Part shown: positions 30,201 to 38,616 of the stretch, piece after piece
Layout of the letters: every line of letters begins with the position of its first letter
How positions within the stretch are numbered: the first letter of the stretch is position 1
Origin: a virus
Taxonomy: Duplodnaviria > Caudoviricetes
IMG/VR virus record: IMGVR_UViG_3300035498_000575
Location: 38,417-102,416 of that record
DNA length: 64,000 nucleotides
Strand: one strand, 5' to 3'
Program-made: the position numbers and the translations under genes
Notes under the pieces: generated by a model
What the model was told of the DNA's origin: nothing
Database searches by the model: none
The model's input: only the letters and a program-made list of their open reading frames with translations

Positions 30201-32997
30201 CGTAACTCCGGGTAACAACCAAGCATTCATTGCTAGGTGGAAACAACTAGCCGAAGCAGACCCAGATGGATTCTTTGCAAATGAATATCAATATTGTTAT
30301 GATAATTATTATAAAGCAGCGAAGAATAAGAGCAGTGTTGTAGGTACTGTAGATCCTGATAAACATAGATCGACTCAAGAATCATTCTGGTCAACTGTAA
30401 TTCAATTCGGTACCGGTACTGATTGTTGGGCTAAAGGACATAGTGGTATGACTGATAGTACTGATGAAACCACCATGATCAACACATTCCAAGAGTATAA
30501 GGCAAATAGACAACCGGGTTGTGCAACTAGACATAGAACATCAGAAAAGAATGTACTTCTTGGATTAGTGGGTCAATCACCATTAGGTGGAGCTGGCGGT
30601 GGATTTGGTATGATACCTGATAATATGCTTGATACTCCTAGAGCAGTAGCGTATAATAATGCGAAGAAGCTACCATCTGTTAAGGAATACTTTGATAAAA
30701 TAGGTATCACCGGTGAAACGAAGGTTGGTAGAGATGACATGGGTTATCACCCAACTGAAGGCGGCGGTATGGGAGACGGTATGACAGAGTCCAGTACTAT
30801 AAACGGTTATCCATACTACTCTCAGAATGATGCAAGATGGGCGGATTCATCGTATGAACAGACGGCTGGTATTCCAATAAATTCTGATAACGAGACCATG
30901 TCTAATAGAGGTTGCGGCCCTACAGCATTAGCTATGGCGGCCGAAGGATTAACTGGCGAAAAGGTATCTCCATTAGAGGCAGCATCTCTTGCTGAAAAGT
31001 ATGGGTATAGTGATGAGTCTGGTACTAACTGGGATTATATGAGCGACGCTCCTGAATACTTTGGCATAAAGTCTGAAGGCGTTCGCAACCCATCTGATGA
31101 TTTCATAGACATGTCATTATTAGCAGGTAGACCAGTAATATTGTCAGGTTATAGTAATAATACTAACACACCATATACTTCTGCTGGACACTACGTTGTA
31201 GCGGTTGGTAAGAAAGATGGAAAGTATTTAGTAAACGATCCACGTGGATCTAAATATTCAAAAGCATATTCAGCAGATGATTTGATAACTGATGCTTCAG
31301 CGGGTTGGTCAATGAGTAACAGTGATGCTACTATTAAGAAGAAACCAATAACTACTCAGACTAATACATATAAATCTAAGCAAGGTGGTAATGGCTATAG
31401 TACTGCTGACTTCGTTGCAGCATGCTCAATGGCATGTTCGGAACTAGGTAGGAATGACTGGGCTTACTCACAATCTGCTGCTAGAACCTATAATATGAAT
31501 GGTAAAGAGATTGTATCTAGATCTGACTGCTCAGGAATGGTCAGTGCAGCTTTGATATATCTGGGTATACTAAGCTCACCAATTACATCTGGTACATTTA
31601 CACAACAAAGTACTAAGGATAAAATATGCTCAGCTTTACCTATGGAATGTAAGAGCACATCAAGTCTAAGTGATAGCGACTGGGATAATCTACCTGGTGG
31701 ATGTATAGTTGCAGTCAATGGACACGTAGAAGTATTGATGGGATGGAATTCCAGTGGCGGATCCATAGTTTACTCGGGTGGTTCCAATCCGTCAAAGGTC
31801 GGTTTCCGAACAGCTTACAATTGGAAAGAGGGGGACACTACAGTAGCTCCATATTCTTCTAATTGGGGAGGAAGTAGTTATCGTAATTACTTCTCAGTAA
31901 TATATGTGCCTACAGATGGTGGTGCTCAATATAACGGTTCAAGCGTTACTGCGGGTAGTGGAACATCGTCTTCATCTTCTTCATCAGCTTTAAGTGCACT
32001 AAGTACTGCATTCGATACAATATCTACTGGTACTTCAACATTGGTAGGTCGTGTATGGCAAGGCTTAGCTACAGGAATATGGGATGATGACTGGTCAACA
32101 TTATTTGGTACAACAACCACTACGACAAGTGATGGAACGACCGTTAGCGACAGTAGTAGTGATGATACATCATCCACTGTATCTGATGAAGACGCTACAG
32201 TTTCTGGAACTTCTAGTACAGCTTCATCTTCATCAGGAAGTACAGCTAGTAGTTTAAAGAGTGCTAAAAACGACCCTGTAACTAATAATTTAGCTAGTAA
32301 GGGTATTTATGACAGTGAAACTCAGAGTAAGTTAACTCAAGCTCAGAAAATATTAGATAGTAAAGTAGCAAGTGATGCTGCCAAGAAAATCGCCGCTGAT
32401 ACTGTAGAGGAAATTACTGGTACAAGACCTGAATACTACGACAGTAACGGAAACTTAGTGAAAGCTACATCTTCTAGCAGTAAAACTAGTGTCCCTTCAG
32501 GTGCACTAAGCGGCGTCCCTTCTGACGCGTATAAGTATGTATTGGGTGGTAATGGTGACTACAGGTATAACGATGTGTCCATAAACGAACCAATTAATGC
32601 TAATCGTGATTTAAATTACTTGTCACTCAATAACAGTAAGAGTAATCGATTCAACGTCCAACAGATGCTATCTGAGGGATCACCTATAGGAGGACGTAGT
32701 GGAGACGACAGCACCGAAGCTATAAACAAGCTATCTAATACATTGACAAATTCATTAAGTGGTAATAAATCTAATTCAGATAAGTTGCTCACTGTAATTC
32801 AACAGATAGCTAGCCTATTGGAAGAAGTTGTAACCAATACAGATGAACAAGTTGATAAACTCGAGGAACTAAAACAAACGTCTGGATCGTCAAGTACAAA
32901 CAATGTTATTTCCTCCAGAGTAACCTCTGCAGGTTCATCAACTAACCAAACTACTAATAGATCTGAAGTTATAGCCAGAGCATTAGCTAGAGCATAA
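24238..32997 (+). CDS. Tape-measure C-terminal part / tail-associated multi-enzyme lysin (2x C39-like, GH73, M23, lysozyme-like, NlpC/P60-like)
   Basis: YYSQND..GCGP..GHY..NDP twice; PSVTLGQCITETG..NNYLG; HDGYD..HVHY; FESG..GGPSFGSYQF; SDCSGMV..GHVE. Start is uncertain because it overlaps the upstream ORF in the +1 frame. Confidence 0.85.
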   Translation: MSIEERMLSVLISLRSIITGQSPDKQFTLSTLNSLLKSGVNGVAEFVKHPIKTTGNISRKVAGVAKGAVGKIGSVVGSMTSSMSSLFGSSPSEEPETDDEYYDSSRTEKSDTHEELQMAQLEASGISSEEADKIRDQMVTEQREADAEASYKDVSSKSYQNHEKTKRQEDAQLATINTSEKMEELTTIQKDHSAVWSNIFGPKGKVAALLLIAAPLLITILKKLKNFSLENLLSSLFGGLGSTLSSLFGNVGTLLKNIISAIPSALSTGLSTGVSTYETQTENGATDGNGNVVSASENAINQAGNILSSTGDAISDAASLNIADAALDLHTAAHGDTVGNNEITTTTESVNKLEAKTIIKGTSKGYKAVKAVGSSVDNAVQATLSGNSTLGQRITTSVVVASDQAAQKGVQYFESLFTKLVNKFAETSVGKKLEQSVFKDIVDTVMTKLSSMGDTFYEKFGKTMFEAVSEGASKAATAVATLGASEVTWVVLGALNGTTGAAKLFGVSKANVDTVMTLISTTWGAIAGTDVGSILDLAFALAAEFGFDILQTAASMLYVAIMGATGEDADAASEKLLNAQDTWRGMYEDYKENEIATQAETYNKIHGTNYTADEYEEAATNNTSVDGPKLSYMSYEEYNSEENATFAGYTFNNVTSGIVNAVSDDFTADYTNEAGEHFTYVRNNSGTFDVYSDDGSKVGVQAALPDGAMMNTTQQSKYQTSEVLDSEYGNTSYFSEDGSEYVIFNGNSFDVYDAKTNKQTSSKYSIDKFNTLIETGTYSIGDNEYLEANQGWYDRYGAGKLWKHKASGEYYALYIEDYKNSNMKTWLHWDKDGNFVGTINDDGFSQNIQDAIDGGYMERANEGTYDYNDSDDVSSEISKGIGDSVSFSLSSYLSLMDSAKISDTDESNVLGTRQTVSYYDDGESEDAALSKLSTSDNKKTYTKYANKIWYDQTGAYYQVDTQLYNTSGNLSFLKYSSTGDFIKSISSSSSEFSNILNGIEDGSITNKNPLDSETVKKSKDAVSAISEMTDEQINDYVEQCVTAINDAELDEGYSEGYNGVMMDNMDKTVAWFIPATGAYYIRTSKGFIAYNAQGCMIGEITSATDVATIFMQIETGMLERGTALVNNTKQQTTSGGSTIASALSVTTPSTSTTVVSTSTQSSSGSVSTSSKKSTSDNAYVSQLESKLKLTTTSDSDKASTAKSLYTSTNKIYEYKNKAGDVMVYDPQQKKCVKKSESEYVQNLEEYGDGDATLDTSITGGSGGFGPSESDTTTINTIDDSSNSKSSDTNDDANITIKTTSDNSDTKNNFTYYSQNDNRWGNEPYLQTEGKVAEGDDETISSRGCGPAALAMVAKGLTGDNTTPVDVANASEKAGYSDETGTNWNFMNTIPSQFGLTATSMYNPSVSFIDQSLRSGNPVIISGQGDSTTTPYTESGHYSVIVGKEKGKYLVNDPRGANYSHAYSTDEVLNGSQIASWSMGKSNMSRSQSMSDRFKEVLDKRMTNTADGNDGDTLTEAYSGGGRGAYDTQLSKYAPVAQEVWKSCGILPSVTLGQCITETGFGKSGHGVSYNNYLGHGWSFGGNTPYCTSYYTHSSGSSNPSKWCKYNSVEDCIRNHGYVLSGQSGNTRYKAAVGETNYKKAINAIADGGYCSGNYASQVIKYIEQYNLTQYDTGSFNGTVASPGSSSSGSSGNSNAINSPYRGTFTMSQQFKGSLYPEQVSGNHDGYDLYGNTSKTLHSTVPGTVVHAGWESDSDHSKGFGQYVKIQKNGNEDEYYFFGHMSEIYVKVGDVVEYGTELGVEGTTGKSTGNHVHYCIRNGNGKALNVTTMSNIPNELGQYTDNGEYGSGSGSSSSSTDDTTTTVVKEQTVFEKLITGLSNLAGRVVNGLATGVWDDDWSTILNNSSTVTTVGDSSSSGTASLNGDYIGKYVKQFESGNSGSSTVSSGANDPNGGPSFGSYQFPSYWNSTAKAGTSLYDFWNKYYASTNSDVTPGNNQAFIARWKQLAEADPDGFFANEYQYCYDNYYKAAKNKSSVVGTVDPDKHRSTQESFWSTVIQFGTGTDCWAKGHSGMTDSTDETTMINTFQEYKANRQPGCATRHRTSEKNVLLGLVGQSPLGGAGGGFGMIPDNMLDTPRAVAYNNAKKLPSVKEYFDKIGITGETKVGRDDMGYHPTEGGGMGDGMTESSTINGYPYYSQNDARWADSSYEQTAGIPINSDNETMSNRGCGPTALAMAAEGLTGEKVSPLEAASLAEKYGYSDESGTNWDYMSDAPEYFGIKSEGVRNPSDDFIDMSLLAGRPVILSGYSNNTNTPYTSAGHYVVAVGKKDGKYLVNDPRGSKYSKAYSADDLITDASAGWSMSNSDATIKKKPITTQTNTYKSKQGGNGYSTADFVAACSMACSELGRNDWAYSQSAARTYNMNGKEIVSRSDCSGMVSAALIYLGILSSPITSGTFTQQSTKDKICSALPMECKSTSSLSDSDWDNLPGGCIVAVNGHVEVLMGWNSSGGSIVYSGGSNPSKVGFRTAYNWKEGDTTVAPYSSNWGGSSYRNYFSVIYVPTDGGAQYNGSSVTAGSGTSSSSSSSALSALSTAFDTISTGTSTLVGRVWQGLATGIWDDDWSTLFGTTTTTTSDGTTVSDSSSDDTSSTVSDEDATVSGTSSTASSSSGSTASSLKSAKNDPVTNNLASKGIYDSETQSKLTQAQKILDSKVASDAAKKIAADTVEEITGTRPEYYDSNGNLVKATSSSSKTSVPSGALSGVPSDAYKYVLGGNGDYRYNDVSINEPINANRDLNYLSLNNSKSNRFNVQQMLSEGSPIGGRSGDDSTEAINKLSNTLTNSLSGNKSNSDKLLTVIQQIASLLEEVVTNTDEQVDKLEELKQTSGSSSTNNVISSRVTSAGSSTNQTTNRSEVIARALARA

Positions 32998-33005
32998 GAT
33001 AAATT

Positions 33006-33032
33006 AATCAGAGATCCTTAGGATCTCTGATT
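33006..33032 (+). terminator. Hairpin terminator
   Basis: AATCAGAGATCCT-t-AGGATCTCTGATT followed by a T tract. Confidence 0.75.
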
Positions 33033-33043
33033 TTTATTATTTT

Positions 33044-33055
33044 AACAATGTATTA
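33044..33055 (+). promoter_or_regulatory. Late promoter AACA-N6-TA
   Basis: AACA-ATGTAT-TA. Confidence 0.7.
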
Positions 33056-33083
33056 AAGTATTAAAAAGAAAGGATGTGGTAAT

Positions 33084-34805
33084 ATGCCATCATTACTAGG
33101 CAGTTCAACCAATAGTAAATCGGAAGTTTCTGAATTACTCTCGTTATGGAATGAACTGGACGCTACATTAGACGATTATGTACCAAATGGTGCTCAGACG
33201 CTATCTAATATGACGGCTAAACTATTCGGTTTACCATACCAGTTTAATAAATATGTTGATCCTAGAGCGAGCAGTGTAAATAAAACATTTGGTCGTCATT
33301 TTATAACTACATTTGTCACAGATGCTCCTTTATTATCTGTAATACCGGGTAAGCCTAAATACTTAAAAAGTAATTCACTGGAAAAAGTAATGCTAGCGAA
33401 TTTGTCAGATGATGAATCCGGATCATCTGAATTGTCTTCATTAGTGAGTAGTAGTGACAGTAACAGTGAAAAAAGGTTTTATGATTTTCAACAAGCTTAT
33501 ACATCATTCTATAGTTATGTAAACGTATTATGTCGAAGCTGTGCAATATTTATGGAAATAGGTGATAAATATATGCCTGGAACGACTACTAAGTTAAGCA
33601 GGTATGATTGGAAAGACTATAGACTGGATGGTAGGACATATGCTGAGTTTCAGTCTGAGTCGTGGAATTCATTATCTTCGATTGCTACAGGCACTCTCGC
33701 CAATGCTTTTTCATCGGTAATAAGTGGTGGTGTGTCAGCATTCAATGCGGTAGAAGCGTATCTTGAACAAACTGGAAAAAGTGTTAAATCAATATTCGAT
33801 GCAGTCTCTAACAGTAGTAAAAATACTGACACTGTCGATGAGACTGGAAGCGATAGTACAGATAGTGGTTCAGGCGATGATACATCTGCGGATGCTGAAG
33901 AAGTCGAGGAACTAATGAGTTCCATGCGTTATGTACAGTTTTATATTGATCCTGCAGAGAGTGGAGTTAATGAAAATATTACTAATACGACTGGTGAAAG
34001 TAAGTTTGAGAGCGTACAATCATCAATATCCGATTTGGCCAAGGAAGTAGGATTCTTGATAAACAGTGGTGGTGCCAGTGATGCCGCTGCTATACAAGAA
34101 TACGTCGGAGAAGGTATAGCAGGAATTGGCGAACAACTAGCATCTGGAAGTGGGGGTACTCTTACAAATCTATTTAGTACCTTCTTAACAAATTTAGGTT
34201 CTTCTCTTACCGGTGAATCTGTAATATTTCCAAAGATATGGAAAAGTAGTTCATTTGAGAAAAGTTATACAATTAAAATGAAGTTTCGAGCAGTTTATGG
34301 AAATAGGCTGTCTTATTATTTAGATGTATTGGTTCCTGTACTACATTGTCTTGCTATGGCATTACCCAAGCAAACTACAGTAAATACTTTTGGTTCCCCA
34401 TTTATACACAGATTCTATTATCCCGGCGTTTTTTCTTGTAATATGGGAATAGTACAATCACTTCAAATTGATAAGCATTCAAGTGACACATCTTGGACAA
34501 TAGATGGATTTCCAAATGAAATAGATGTAACAATGCAGGTAGAAGATTTGTATAGCGATATGTCAATGACTAGTTCCGCTGATGCAGAATTATTTGTTGC
34601 AAATACTAGCTTAGTAAACTATTTAGGAACATTGTGTGGTATAAACTATATCACGCCGACTATCAATACAAAATTGGACCTACTAGTTAATGCATCAGCA
34701 AATGAAGGTTCAGGATTGGGAGCAAATGCTGAATTTTTACAACAAATTAAAAATATATATAGTGACCTTGCAGATAATCAACTACAAAAATTAAGTATTA
34801 TGTAA
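33084..34805 (+). CDS. Putative baseplate/tail-tube-associated structural protein
   Basis: Follows the tape measure locus, has a late promoter, and contains FPKIWKSSSFEKSY...SPF...GFPNEIDVTMQVEDLY, reminiscent of tube-initiator-type proteins. Confidence 0.55.
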   Translation: MPSLLGSSTNSKSEVSELLSLWNELDATLDDYVPNGAQTLSNMTAKLFGLPYQFNKYVDPRASSVNKTFGRHFITTFVTDAPLLSVIPGKPKYLKSNSLEKVMLANLSDDESGSSELSSLVSSSDSNSEKRFYDFQQAYTSFYSYVNVLCRSCAIFMEIGDKYMPGTTTKLSRYDWKDYRLDGRTYAEFQSESWNSLSSIATGTLANAFSSVISGGVSAFNAVEAYLEQTGKSVKSIFDAVSNSSKNTDTVDETGSDSTDSGSGDDTSADAEEVEELMSSMRYVQFYIDPAESGVNENITNTTGESKFESVQSSISDLAKEVGFLINSGGASDAAAIQEYVGEGIAGIGEQLASGSGGTLTNLFSTFLTNLGSSLTGESVIFPKIWKSSSFEKSYTIKMKFRAVYGNRLSYYLDVLVPVLHCLAMALPKQTTVNTFGSPFIHRFYYPGVFSCNMGIVQSLQIDKHSSDTSWTIDGFPNEIDVTMQVEDLYSDMSMTSSADAELFVANTSLVNYLGTLCGINYITPTINTKLDLLVNASANEGSGLGANAEFLQQIKNIYSDLADNQLQKLSIM

Positions 34806-34812
34806 ATAAAAA

Positions 34813-34842
34813 AAAAAGAAGGACAGCAATGTCCTTCTTTTT
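34813..34842. terminator. Bidirectional terminator
   Basis: AAAAAGAAGGACA-gcaa-TGTCCTTCTTTTT. Confidence 0.8.
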
Positions 34843-34847
34843 ATCGT

Positions 34848-37190
34848 TTAGTCATTATCTATGACAGAATCACGTAATGTATCAATGATATCATCAGCGT
34901 CATCCATATTAAAGTCAGTACCAAACATTCCTTGCATGTATTCCATTAGCATTATTTTTAAGTCATTTGTAGGAATATCTGGCTCATCTTCTAATACGGA
35001 TTGAATGAACTCTTCTTTCAGTTTTTGCTTATGAGCATCCCATTCAGTTGCTATATAACTACTAGTGATACCATCATATTCTTTAAGATTATAACTGTCG
35101 TATAAGGATACCATTTTATCTGTATCTAACGATTTAAATTGAAATCCTAAAGTTTTAGCGTATACGTTTAGAATCTCCGCGGCCCTGTTTGTATATTTTT
35201 CATTAACTTCTATTTTACCATCAGGTTTTAGTATCTCCTTAACAAGGTCTTTTCTACCCTCTATTGAAGTTCTGTATCTCTGATGGAACATAGCAAAGTC
35301 TTCTGTAGGAATGCCTATTTCGAACGTCAAAGACTCATATTCACCAAATCTGATAGCTGTTGAACTATACATCTCTTGATGAACTTTGTTCTTATATGAA
35401 CGCTCTGGTAGGCCTTTTCTGTTTATAGCACCAGTACCTCTTGCTGAGAATCCTTTCTTAGATGTTTGCTTTAGCTTCATAACATGCATATATCCCGCGT
35501 ACGCAGGGTTTATGCATTTTATTACACGACCAAACTTCCTGATGTACATATCATAAGGTTTCAGCCATTCATACTTATTCTCCAAGTCATGGATGATAAA
35601 GAATGGAGTCTTGTGAGGTTTTAACGTACTATGTCGTACATGGATTCCTTCTTTGAAAATGTCGGTGAAGAATTTATCTCTATCAGACTCAGTTGGTAAG
35701 TTAATATATATATCATGAAGATATGCTGATTGGTCAGGGTTTAGTTCATCCATAACTTCGAAGAATAGTTTTTCTCTAGCTTCATTAGTTTCTAGAAGTT
35801 TTAACTGTTCAATCAATCTGTCGCATATGAATGTTATAGATATCTCGTGTATAGGTAGTGCAGTCGTTCTATTAATAACACCTAAAGCGTTAAATAATAA
35901 ATCGACTCGTTTCCCAGTATCAGTGAACGGCATATCTTCATCAGCCCTTACGACAGCAGTAACAGATTTATTACCTGCACGTCCTGTCATTTTTTGACCT
36001 ACTGTTATGCCAACCTTCTTACGCACTAGGACGTTTATTTTTACACCACCAAAAGGTTTATTAGTAGAATCCTCTTTCCACTTCATGTCTTCATCAATCA
36101 TGAAACGAGCACGTTTTAACTCATACTTAAGGTTGGCGCTCATTTTTCCGTCAATTGCTATAATCTTTTCACATTCACATATGAATCTTGTAAAGAATGC
36201 TTTTTGTGAGTTGTAATAGTCGACTAATTGATTGTTGAATGTATTACGTTTTGCGAAGTAATCTGGATTGTTACAATAGATGTTTATGTCTAAGACTTCA
36301 CCATCTAAATAGAATCTTCTATCAGATTGTTGCATGTGTGTTAAATTGTTTAGTTTAAAATCCGTTAGGACTTGACTATTGTATAATGTACGAACAGCTG
36401 CGACGACTCCGTTTGTGCTCTCCCCTATATCGGGTAGTACTTTATATCCGTTGTCATCACTTCTTAATAGTAACGGATAATCATTGTCGTTTATACTTAT
36501 CATGACATCATCAATCTCTATAGATTGTAGTTCTTTAGCTAGACTCTCTGACACAACACAAGCATCTTCATAAGTTGCTGGGTCGGTTACATACATAGAA
36601 TAGATATTCTTACCAAAACAGTAGTTTCCATATTCATCATATGATGTTGTTTGAATAACCCTCTCATTAGCAGGTATTACATCACCTGTATTGTATGAAT
36701 CTATTACATGATTATCATACTCATAACCGAACATCTCAGTTAAGTTTTCTGCGGGTTTTCTTACTATAATATCATATTCTTCAGTCACTAAATCTTGGAC
36801 GATAATATATTGTAATAATGAATCTTTCTTAGTTATTCTACTCATATCATCGAACTTAGTTAGTTTAGCTACTATTCTAGTATCGTGTGCAACTTCTTTG
36901 AACGCATTATTGTTTTCACCAACAATGTTTTCAGGTCCCATATAATAGAAGGGGAAGTCAGGTTCTAGTAGACAAACATATTGCTTTGTGTGTGATGTAA
37001 ACATACACATACGCATGGCGTTGTTGTGCATAGGGTCTGTCAATGATGAAATTCCTAATATAGATGGGTCACCTGTAAGTTTTTCATCTGCTAGTTCAAG
37101 CTGTTTAACAACATTTTGGTCGTTTCTACTAAACGTGTTATGCTCATTAAACCTTATCGCTTGTTTCTTATTCTTTTTACTTCTAGCCAT
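34848..37190 (-). CDS. Non-virion RNA polymerase beta subunit, C-terminal half
   Basis: NNAMRMCMFTSHTKQ, YEDA, GQKMTGRAGNKSV, NALGVINR, MKLKQTSKKGFSAR, IRFGEYE. Confidence 0.9.
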   Translation of the reverse strand: MARSKKNKKQAIRFNEHNTFSRNDQNVVKQLELADEKLTGDPSILGISSLTDPMHNNAMRMCMFTSHTKQYVCLLEPDFPFYYMGPENIVGENNNAFKEVAHDTRIVAKLTKFDDMSRITKKDSLLQYIIVQDLVTEEYDIIVRKPAENLTEMFGYEYDNHVIDSYNTGDVIPANERVIQTTSYDEYGNYCFGKNIYSMYVTDPATYEDACVVSESLAKELQSIEIDDVMISINDNDYPLLLRSDDNGYKVLPDIGESTNGVVAAVRTLYNSQVLTDFKLNNLTHMQQSDRRFYLDGEVLDINIYCNNPDYFAKRNTFNNQLVDYYNSQKAFFTRFICECEKIIAIDGKMSANLKYELKRARFMIDEDMKWKEDSTNKPFGGVKINVLVRKKVGITVGQKMTGRAGNKSVTAVVRADEDMPFTDTGKRVDLLFNALGVINRTTALPIHEISITFICDRLIEQLKLLETNEAREKLFFEVMDELNPDQSAYLHDIYINLPTESDRDKFFTDIFKEGIHVRHSTLKPHKTPFFIIHDLENKYEWLKPYDMYIRKFGRVIKCINPAYAGYMHVMKLKQTSKKGFSARGTGAINRKGLPERSYKNKVHQEMYSSTAIRFGEYESLTFEIGIPTEDFAMFHQRYRTSIEGRKDLVKEILKPDGKIEVNEKYTNRAAEILNVYAKTLGFQFKSLDTDKMVSLYDSYNLKEYDGITSSYIATEWDAHKQKLKEEFIQSVLEDEPDIPTNDLKIMLMEYMQGMFGTDFNMDDADDIIDTLRDSVIDND

Positions 37191-37231
37191 TTTAATTTAC
37201 CTCCAAAATATTTATGGTTTATAAGATTACA

Positions 37232-37654
37232 TTAATAGTATGAACTTTCAGTGAAAACGTAGTTATATGTAATCGCTCTACCGTTTTCGCTCTTAGTTAT
37301 TCCTATCGTAAGAACGTTTTTCTTTGATACAGTTATGACAGGTATCAAGAATAATAGGTATCTTTGACTATCTTGTGTTACCCATCTGATATCAAAAGAT
37401 TCATCTCTAACGGAATCGTAGAAAGCAGAGCATTGATTTACCAGCTTGGTCTTTAAACCATTCAAACTAATTTCATCTGTAAAGTTATATAACAAATCTT
37501 GTATATTCATCCCAAGTGTAGGCATGGTCGGATAGAATCCGGGCTTACCAAACAAGATTGTGAGAATATTATTTGCTATAGTTTCAGATTGATTTAAGTA
37601 TTTCGGTTCATTGAAATCGTTCTTATCGAACGTTGGGTCAACTCCGTAATTCAT
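37232..37654 (-). CDS. Baseplate wedge protein, gp25-like
   Basis: IANNILTILFGKPGFYPTMPTLGMNIQDLLY matches the gp25 pattern; late promoter upstream. Confidence 0.65.
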   Translation of the reverse strand: MNYGVDPTFDKNDFNEPKYLNQSETIANNILTILFGKPGFYPTMPTLGMNIQDLLYNFTDEISLNGLKTKLVNQCSAFYDSVRDESFDIRWVTQDSQRYLLFLIPVITVSKKNVLTIGITKSENGRAITYNYVFTESSYY

Positions 37655-37685
37655 TTAAAATCACTCCTTCAAATTCTCTTAGTGT

Positions 37686-37697
37686 TAACCAATTGTT
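37686..37697 (-). promoter_or_regulatory. Late promoter AACA-N6-TA
   Basis: AACA-ATTGGT-TA on the minus strand. Confidence 0.65.
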
Positions 37698-37721
37698 TAA
37701 GGTCTAATAAAAATATAAAAA

Positions 37722-37747
37722 ACAGAGAGCGATGTTTCGCTCTCTGT
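37722..37747 (-). terminator. Hairpin terminator
   Basis: ACAGAGAGCGA-tgtt-TCGCTCTCTGT, with a T tract on the minus strand. Confidence 0.75.
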
Positions 37748-37758
37748 CATTATGTTTA

Positions 37759-38511
37759 TTAGATTTCTGGAGCTTCATAGAAGCGAGCCATCCCACCCAT
37801 AGTGCTATCTCTATCAGTGTACTTAGCTACTGTTCTCTTTAGCTCCTTCATGTTGCTCTTTTCACTGTTGTCGTTCTTAATCTTCTCAACATGGAATTGG
37901 TAGATTACCTTCTTGCCTCCACCATTTTTGCCATTGTTTCCACCCTTAATCTTTACCTTGTCAATTACTAGCTTAACAGTACCGGGTGTAACCAAAGGGT
38001 TATCCTCAAACCACATCTTCGCTAGTATTACGTGAGGGTTAACGAATACAGTAATACTGTTGTTATCTTCACGTATTGGTCTTGAGTGTTCGATAAGCCA
38101 GTTAATATCTTTCTCGGTCATATTTAAATCACTGACACCTTTTTCTGAGATGTAAGATAATACGTTGTCAGTAAAGAAGATACTTTCGAATAATGAGTTC
38201 TCCTTAAGGATTACAGCATCATTCATAGTATCTGTTGTGCCGTTAGAGATATAGATGTTTGACCTCTTTTGCTCTTCGACATTGAACATGGATAAAACAA
38301 TGGGCTTTAGTAGCGCACCGGGAATGTTCCATACATCTATCACACAGATAGCACCGGGAATCTTAGATATAACATTCTTGATTATCCAGTTATACATATT
38401 CTGTGATGTGTATAGATATTGCTTTGGTCCACTAATAATCTGACCGCCATTAACAGTCTGGGTTTCTTCGAATCTACCATTACCTTTTCTTTTGTTGTCA
38501 TGTTTACTCAT
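37759..38511 (-). CDS. Hypothetical early protein
   Basis: AGGAGG RBS; early motif upstream. Confidence 0.7.
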   Translation of the reverse strand: MSKHDNKRKGNGRFEETQTVNGGQIISGPKQYLYTSQNMYNWIIKNVISKIPGAICVIDVWNIPGALLKPIVLSMFNVEEQKRSNIYISNGTTDTMNDAVILKENSLFESIFFTDNVLSYISEKGVSDLNMTEKDINWLIEHSRPIREDNNSITVFVNPHVILAKMWFEDNPLVTPGTVKLVIDKVKIKGGNNGKNGGGKKVIYQFHVEKIKNDNSEKSNMKELKRTVAKYTDRDSTMGGMARFYEAPEI

Positions 38512-38576
38512 AACAAATCCTCCTAAATAATAAAATTAGTTTAAGTCAATAAACGCGTATTCGTTTACGACACAAA

Positions 38577-38590
38577 TATAATATATAATT
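38577..38590 (-). promoter_or_regulatory. Early-type promoter motif
   Basis: Exact AATTATATATTATA. Confidence 0.7.
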
Positions 38591-38616
38591 GTTTATCGGT
38601 TTACAAAATAACTAAT

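Noticed and set aside
28160-31320. Duplicated C39 domain as an assembly artefact
   Set aside because: The two copies are clearly diverged at both DNA and protein level.
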